From an uncultured Aestuarium sp. (GTDB taxonomy: Bacteria > Pseudomonadota > Alphaproteobacteria > Rhodobacterales > Rhodobacteraceae): a DNA stretch of 64,000 bases. The notes under the pieces are model-generated. The model did not search any database. It worked only from the letters and a program-made list of their open reading frames with translations, and was not told the DNA's origin. Shown one piece after another: positions 58,537-64,000 of this stretch. The stretch's first letter is position 1. Each line of letters starts with the position of its first letter. The stretch lies in assembly GCA_964461315.1 (NCBI GenBank), contig CAYWUN010000005.1, forward strand, positions 1,651-65,650, read 5' to 3'. The translations under genes were made by a program, and so were the position numbers.

Positions 58537-60768
58537 CTAGACCAAGAAGTCGAAGGTCTTGGCGAGCGGCAGTTCTCGCGGCCGTTCCCCTGTCAGATCA
58601 AAGACTGCGTTTGCAAGCGCGGCGATTGCCGGAGGCGTCCCCGGCTCGCCGATTCCACTCACGAATGGCTTGTTTTGGAGGATCTCGATTTCAAAACTCG
58701 GAGAGTTGTGCATCCGCAAAAGGTCGTAGTCGTAGAAGTTGAACTGTTCAACTTCGCCCTCGGCAAGCGTGATTTCACCAAAGATTGCGGCACTCAAACC
58801 AAAAATTGCCGCACCGCTCAACTGAGCTTTGATGATTGAAGGGTCAAGCGCCACCCCAACATCGCAAGCGGTCCAAACCTTGTTGACGCGGATTTTTCCA
58901 CCTTCGTCGATGACCTCGACGACCGTCGCGACGGGTGTCTCGAAAGAACTTGTAAAGGCGACCCCGCGACCTACGCCAGCTCGGGTTTGGCCGGTCCAGC
59001 TGCACATATCGCCGACTTTCTCTAACACTTTTCGTGAAGGTTCGTGTTCGTTCCCCATTGCTGCAAGACGGAATGCAAGCGGGTCAGCACTCGCCGCGTG
59101 TGCCATCTCATCTAGGAAGCTGTCGAACATGAACCCGTTAAAGGACGCACTGACGGAACGCCAAAAACCGACGGGCAAGCGCGCATCTGCGATGTGAGTT
59201 CCAAAACGGTAATTGGGGATCGCATAGGGCTGATCAAATCCGCCAGCACCAAGTTCGCGGTCCGGACCTACTGGGTCCTGTCCCATCCATCGCTTCATCG
59301 CTTGCTGCGAGGCAGAAGGTGCCGAAACGCGTCCATCGAGCAGGACTGCCACGCCATCTTTGATCACCCCTCGATAACGGCCCATTGCGGCGGGACGATA
59401 GAAGTCATGACGCATGTCTTCCTCGCGCGACCAAGTCACTTGGATGGGCACATCGGGCATTTCTCGGGCGACGCGTGCTGCAATGACGGCAAAGTCAGTT
59501 TCGCCGCGGCGACCGAAGCCTCCGCCCATCAAAGTTGTGCTCACTGTAACCTTCTCTATGTCGAGCCCAACCGCTGCTGCCGCATTTCGTTGCACAAGGA
59601 TAGGTCCTTGGTTACCACACCAAAGCGTCAGCGTTTCTCCGGTGAAGAGTGCCGTCGCATTGAGCGGCTCCATCGTGGCATGGGCAAGATATGGCACACG
59701 GTATTCCGCAGTGATTTCAATGCCATCCTGCGGTTTTGTTACGTCGCCAACGTCACGTGTGATGTCGGCCTCTGTGGCAAAGGCGGCCTCGATCTGCGCA
59801 TAGGCGTTCTCGGTGCTTTGCGAATGCGTTGCGTCTTCCCAGACGATGTTCACAGCATCTGCTGCCTGCATGCAAAGCCACGTATTCGACCCGATCACAG
59901 CGATGCCGTCGCCAAGGTCAACGATCTGTTCGACGCCATCCATGAGGATCGCATCGCTGGCATCAAAAGAGAGCATTTTGCCACGCTTTGGACTCATGCG
60001 GACGGTCGCGAACTTCATACCTTCGAGCCGCACATCGACACCAAATGTGGCAGTGCCCGTTGATTTTGCGACCATGTCGGTGCGGGGCATTGATTTGCCT
60101 AGGTACTTCCAGCTGGAAGCAGGGCGGAGTTCTACCTTTGGAGGTTCAATTTGCGCGGCCTCGACTGCCAGTGAGGCATAGCTAAGTGACGTGCCATCGG
60201 GTGCGATCACATTGCCGTTTTCTGTTCGGAGCGAGGAAACATCAGTTCCAAGGCGTTTGGCAGCGGCGAGCTTTAACGTCTCACGAGCGGTAGCGCCCGC
60301 TTCTCGAAAACGTTCGAAAGCGTCTGCGGTAGAGGTAGAGCCGCCCGTCACCTGAAGGCCAAAGAGCTTGCCAGCTTGCCCGACAAACGTGCGTAACTCG
60401 TCTTGGATCGGGCCGACTTTATAGTCGAGGAACGGAAGGGCTTTACCGATCAGCGCCCCGTTATAGTAGGCTGCTGCGCCCGGTCCGTGCAGGACGCGAA
60501 TGTCCTGCCACGCCACGTCAAGCTCTTCTGCGATGAGAGCGGGGAGCGTCGTGTGCACCCCTTGGCCCATCTCGGCACGGGGAGCGATCAGAGTGACGCC
60601 TTCATCGTTGATGATGACGAACGGGTTGAGACTGGTTGCCCCATCGCGTGAGACAAGCGGGTTCTTTGGGTCCTGTTCAAGCTTGTAGACTCCGAATACC
60701 ACTCCACCAACGACCGCTGCGGAGCCGATAAGGAATGTGCGGCGTGCGATTTTTTTCAAGCTAGCCAT
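58537..60768 (-). CDS. Molybdopterin oxidoreductase large subunit (isoquinoline 1-oxidoreductase beta-like), Tat signal
   Basis: ARRTFL, EMGQG, TGGSTS, HATMEP.N, GGGFGRR, WRSV, GIGEPG.P. Confidence 0.9.
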   Translation of the reverse strand: MASLKKIARRTFLIGSAAVVGGVVFGVYKLEQDPKNPLVSRDGATSLNPFVIINDEGVTLIAPRAEMGQGVHTTLPALIAEELDVAWQDIRVLHGPGAAAYYNGALIGKALPFLDYKVGPIQDELRTFVGQAGKLFGLQVTGGSTSTADAFERFREAGATARETLKLAAAKRLGTDVSSLRTENGNVIAPDGTSLSYASLAVEAAQIEPPKVELRPASSWKYLGKSMPRTDMVAKSTGTATFGVDVRLEGMKFATVRMSPKRGKMLSFDASDAILMDGVEQIVDLGDGIAVIGSNTWLCMQAADAVNIVWEDATHSQSTENAYAQIEAAFATEADITRDVGDVTKPQDGIEITAEYRVPYLAHATMEPLNATALFTGETLTLWCGNQGPILVQRNAAAAVGLDIEKVTVSTTLMGGGFGRRGETDFAVIAARVAREMPDVPIQVTWSREEDMRHDFYRPAAMGRYRGVIKDGVAVLLDGRVSAPSASQQAMKRWMGQDPVGPDRELGAGGFDQPYAIPNYRFGTHIADARLPVGFWRSVSASFNGFMFDSFLDEMAHAASADPLAFRLAAMGNEHEPSRKVLEKVGDMCSWTGQTRAGVGRGVAFTSSFETPVATVVEVIDEGGKIRVNKVWTACDVGVALDPSIIKAQLSGAAIFGLSAAIFGEITLAEGEVEQFNFYDYDLLRMHNSPSFEIEILQNKPFVSGIGEPGTPPAIAALANAVFDLTGERPRELPLAKTFDFLV

Positions 60769-60771
60769 TTC

Positions 60772-61236
60772 TCAAGCCCCCTTCATTTTTGCTGCGGCAT
60801 CATGAATGGCCGCGCGAATGCGGGGGTAGGTTCCACAGCGGCAGAGATTGCCTTGCATCGCGTCATCAATGTCCTGATCCGTTGGAGAAGGGTTGCTTGA
60901 TAGAAGCGCTGCTGCTTGCATAATTTGGCCCGATTGACAGTAACCGCACTGCGCGACTTGGTGGTCGACCCAAGCACGCTGAAGGACAGAGAGACTTTCT
61001 GGAGTGCCCAAACCCTCTATCGTGGTAACTTCTCCCCAGACGTCTGCAAGGGCCACCTGACAGGATCTTACTGCCTCGCCATCGATCTGCACTGTACAGG
61101 CTCCGCACGCAGCAACGCCGCAACCAAACTTAGTCCCTGTGAGACCTATTTCGTCACGCAAAACCCAAAGCAGAGGGACATTGTCGGGCAGGTCGATACT
61201 GTGGCGCTTGCCGTTGATTGTAAGGCTCTTTGCCAT
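60772..61236 (-). CDS. [2Fe-2S] small subunit (IorA/CoxS-like)
   Basis: [30 protein letters not shown]. Confidence 0.92.
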   Translation of the reverse strand: MAKSLTINGKRHSIDLPDNVPLLWVLRDEIGLTGTKFGCGVAACGACTVQIDGEAVRSCQVALADVWGEVTTIEGLGTPESLSVLQRAWVDHQVAQCGYCQSGQIMQAAALLSSNPSPTDQDIDDAMQGNLCRCGTYPRIRAAIHDAAAKMKGA

Positions 61237-61331
61237 CTGGTCCTCCGCTTGGCGCGTTTAATGTCCATCTTAAATAGGGCTTGGGCAGGCAAAAGGAATA
61301 CTCGGAACCGATACTTTACGTCGGGAAATCC

Positions 61332-62525
61332 TCAGGTCACGGCCGCGCGAATTTGGAATTCTGGCCATTCATAGTGCTTTTCTCTCATAACCATGGCAAT
61401 CTTTTCAACGGCTGCGTCGACATCATCATGGTCAATGTAGAGCGGCGTAAAGCCAAAGCGCATGATATCAGGAGCGCGGAAATCGCCGATCACACCCTGA
61501 GCAATGGTCGCCTGCATCGCCGCATAACCATTCTCAAAGGCAAAAGAGACTTGGCTCCCTCGCGAAACATGATCTCGAGGCGTGACCAGTTTGAGTTCTG
61601 GGCAGGATGCCTCGATCCCAGCAATGAACCGATCTGTGAGGACAAGCGACTTTTCCCGCAGCTGGTTCATGTCGACGGTGTCCCAGATATCGAGTGCAGC
61701 TTCGAGTGCGGCAAGCGCGAGAATGGGGGGCGTTCCTACGCGCATTCGCTCGATGCCGTTGCCCGCTCTGTAATCCTGTTCAAAGGCGAAAGGGGCTCTG
61801 TGACCGAGCCAGCCAGAAAGGGCAGGGCGCACAGTTTCTGCATGGCGCGGCGCGACATAAATAAACGCCGGGGCTCCGGGCCCAGCATTGAGGTACTTAT
61901 AGGTGCAGCCGACCGCGAAATCTGCGCCTGTTTCGGCAAGTTTAACGGGAAATGCACCTGCTGAATGGGCAAGATCCCAGACCGTCAGTGCGCCTACCTC
62001 GTGCGCCTTGGCGGTGAGCGCCTTCATGGAGTGTTTGCGACCTGTTTTGTAGTCGACTTCAGTGATGAGGGTAACTGCGATCTCAGACGTGATATTGGCC
62101 TCGACCTCTTCAGGGGGGACCACGCGGATTTCATGTCCTTTGCAAAGTGACGCGATGAGCCCTTTTGCTATGTAAATATCAGACGGAAAATTCCCGCTGT
62201 CGGTCAAGATCACTTTGCGATCTGGTCGCATTTCGAGAGCTGAGGCGAGCGCTTGATAGACTTTGATAGAGAGGGTGTCGCCAACAACAACATGTTTTTG
62301 TTCAGCCCCGATCAGACGCCCTATCCGATCGCCAAGCTCTGTCGGTTTATCCATCCAGCCCGCACGATTCCAAGCGGTGATAAGCATCTCGCCCCATTCG
62401 CTCTGCATTGTTCGCTCCATGCAGAACGCGGCATTCTTTGGCAAAGGGCCCAATGAGTTTCCATCGAGATAGATCATCCCTTGTGGGAGGTGAAACATCT
62501 CTTTGCGCGCTTCGAAAATCTTCAT
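61332..62525 (-). CDS. kynU: Kynureninase
   Basis: YLDGNSLG, WDLAHSAG, GCTYKYLN.GPG, GW.GH, RGSQVS, DFR.P. Confidence 0.95.
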   Translation of the reverse strand: MKIFEARKEMFHLPQGMIYLDGNSLGPLPKNAAFCMERTMQSEWGEMLITAWNRAGWMDKPTELGDRIGRLIGAEQKHVVVGDTLSIKVYQALASALEMRPDRKVILTDSGNFPSDIYIAKGLIASLCKGHEIRVVPPEEVEANITSEIAVTLITEVDYKTGRKHSMKALTAKAHEVGALTVWDLAHSAGAFPVKLAETGADFAVGCTYKYLNAGPGAPAFIYVAPRHAETVRPALSGWLGHRAPFAFEQDYRAGNGIERMRVGTPPILALAALEAALDIWDTVDMNQLREKSLVLTDRFIAGIEASCPELKLVTPRDHVSRGSQVSFAFENGYAAMQATIAQGVIGDFRAPDIMRFGFTPLYIDHDDVDAAVEKIAMVMREKHYEWPEFQIRAAVT

Positions 62526-62633
62526 TGTAGTCTCCTGATTTGGAGTGCAGCTTAGTCCGTGTTTTGAGCCTGTCTAGATCAGGACGGGGAAACGCATTGA
62601 CCATGTATGTATGTAGTTGGAAGGAACCTTTTC

Positions 62634-63083
62634 ATGAAGTGGATCGATATTCCCCCAGTTTGGCTGATTGGCTTTATAGGTTTGGCTTATACCATTGATA
62701 AATATGATCCTTGGGGCCTCAGTTTGAATCACCCAATCACGCAGCTTTTGGCGGGATTGTTGATTGGTGGCGGGATCGTTCTGATGCTTCTCGCTGTCTA
62801 TGAAATGCAGCGTCAAAAGACGACGGTTATGCCGCACCGTGACGCGCAAAAGTTAGTCCAATCTGGTATCTTCTCGCGCAGCCGAAACCCAATTTATGTT
62901 GGCGATGTCCTAATTTTTGCGGGCGTTGTTCTTTGGTTCGACGTGCCTATAGCGCTTTTGTTTGTGCCGGTCTTTTTGTGGGTGCTGGAGCGCCGCTTTA
63001 TAATTCCGGAAGAAAACCGTCTTAGAAGAAAGTTTCACGCGGATTTTGCGCGATATTGCCAGAAAACGCGTCGGTGGGTGTAA
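62634..63083 (+). CDS. Isoprenylcysteine carboxylmethyltransferase/PEMT family membrane protein
   Basis: TT..P, LV..G.F..SRNPIY, EE..L...F...F..YC..TRRW. Confidence 0.85.
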   Translation: MKWIDIPPVWLIGFIGLAYTIDKYDPWGLSLNHPITQLLAGLLIGGGIVLMLLAVYEMQRQKTTVMPHRDAQKLVQSGIFSRSRNPIYVGDVLIFAGVVLWFDVPIALLFVPVFLWVLERRFIIPEENRLRRKFHADFARYCQKTRRWV

Positions 63084-63212
63084 AGGTGTGCTTAATCGTC
63101 GCTGCAGCGCGACGTTAGCGCTATAACTTGCGTAAACCCGCAATGGTTGCTTGTGAAATAAAATTGCTTTGGGTAATTCGGTCTCGAAGTCGAACAACAA
63201 GGGGGACAGTCC

Positions 63213-64000
63213 GTGAAAATCGGTGCACCTAGAGAGATTATCGCCGGTGAAAACCGCGTGGCGATGACTCCCGCCTCTGCGCGGGATTTGCAGAAGCTTG
63301 GATATGAGTGTGTCATTGAGACTGGTGCTGGCGCGAACGCTGGCTTCTCGGACGCAATGTATCAAGAAGCAGGTGTCGAAGTCGTAAAGACTGCGGCTGC
63401 ATTGTTCAAAGCCGCTGACGTCGTCGCCAAAGTGCGCGTCCCCACTGATGCCGAAGTCAAAAAGCTCCGTGAAGGCCAACTTTTGATTTCGTTCTTCAAC
63501 CCGGGTGCAAACGAAGACCTGATGAAAGCCGCTGCCGAAAAGGGCGCGAGCGTCATCGCTATGGAAATGGTCCCACGTATTTCCCGCGCTCAGAAGATGG
63601 ACGCTCTGTCCTCGATGGCGAATATCGCGGGCTACCGCGCTGTCATCGAAGCAGGTAACAACTTTGGCCGCTTCTTCACCGGTCAGGTGACTGCTGCTGG
63701 TAAGGTTCCACCTGCGAAAGTTCTCGTTGTGGGCGCTGGTGTTGCTGGTCTTGCAGCTATTGGTACTGCAACCTCGCTCGGCGCGATCACCTATGCATTC
63801 GACGTTCGTCCCGAAGTGGCCGAGCAGGTTGAATCGATGGGCGCTGAGTTCGTTTACCTCGATTTCGAAGAGGAACAGCAGGACGGCGCAGCAACGGGCG
63901 GATATGCATCCGTTTCGTCGCCTGAGTTCCGCGAAGCGCAGCTCAAGAAGTTCCGCGAGCTTGCTCCCGAGGTCGATATCGTGATCACCACCGCGCTGAT
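63213..64000 (+). CDS. pntA: NAD(P) transhydrogenase subunit alpha, 3'-truncated by window edge (absent from ORF track)
   Basis: GTG start at 63213: MKIGAPRE..GENRVAMTP, PRISRAQKMDALSSMANIAGYRAV, GAGVAGL, DVRPEV. Confidence 0.95.
   Translation, partial: MKIGAPREIIAGENRVAMTPASARDLQKLGYECVIETGAGANAGFSDAMYQEAGVEVVKTAAALFKAADVVAKVRVPTDAEVKKLREGQLLISFFNPGANEDLMKAAAEKGASVIAMEMVPRISRAQKMDALSSMANIAGYRAVIEAGNNFGRFFTGQVTAAGKVPPAKVLVVGAGVAGLAAIGTATSLGAITYAFDVRPEVAEQVESMGAEFVYLDFEEEQQDGAATGGYASVSSPEFREAQLKKFRELAPEVDIVITTAL

Overview
Gene-dense chromosomal segment of an alphaproteobacterium; gene content and order point to Rhodobacteraceae/Roseobacter group (inference). It is mostly housekeeping and metabolism: lolE-lolD, parE, aspartate aminotransferase, sdhE, folA-thyA, cspA, thrS, phaZ/phaC-phaP-phaR, a gamma-glutamylation cluster with a polar amino-acid ABC transporter, rlmJ, pyrG, secG, purA, modABC, pepN, iorAB-like, kynU and pntA. 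Accessory modules are a probable L-fucose ABC transporter with FucU, a LysR/DoxX/YgiD/YqjG quinone-detox unit, a Slam (DUF560, type XI secretion) plus TbpB-like lipoprotein pair, and an RTX-Hint protein. I saw no rRNA, tRNA, CRISPR array, transposase, integrase or prophage. The most interesting signals are small and mostly non-coding: (1) a pyrG leader built like a CTP-sensing transcription-start-site switch that sequesters the SD; (2) a tRNA-Thr anticodon-arm mimic just upstream of the thrS SD; (3) an anti-SD (CCUCCUCCC) loop hairpin in the phaP 3' UTR, a candidate 3'-derived sRNA; (4) a dense cluster of point changes that breaks the PepN zinc motif, probably a sequence artefact but worth checking. 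All family assignments come from motif recognition by eye; no searches were run.
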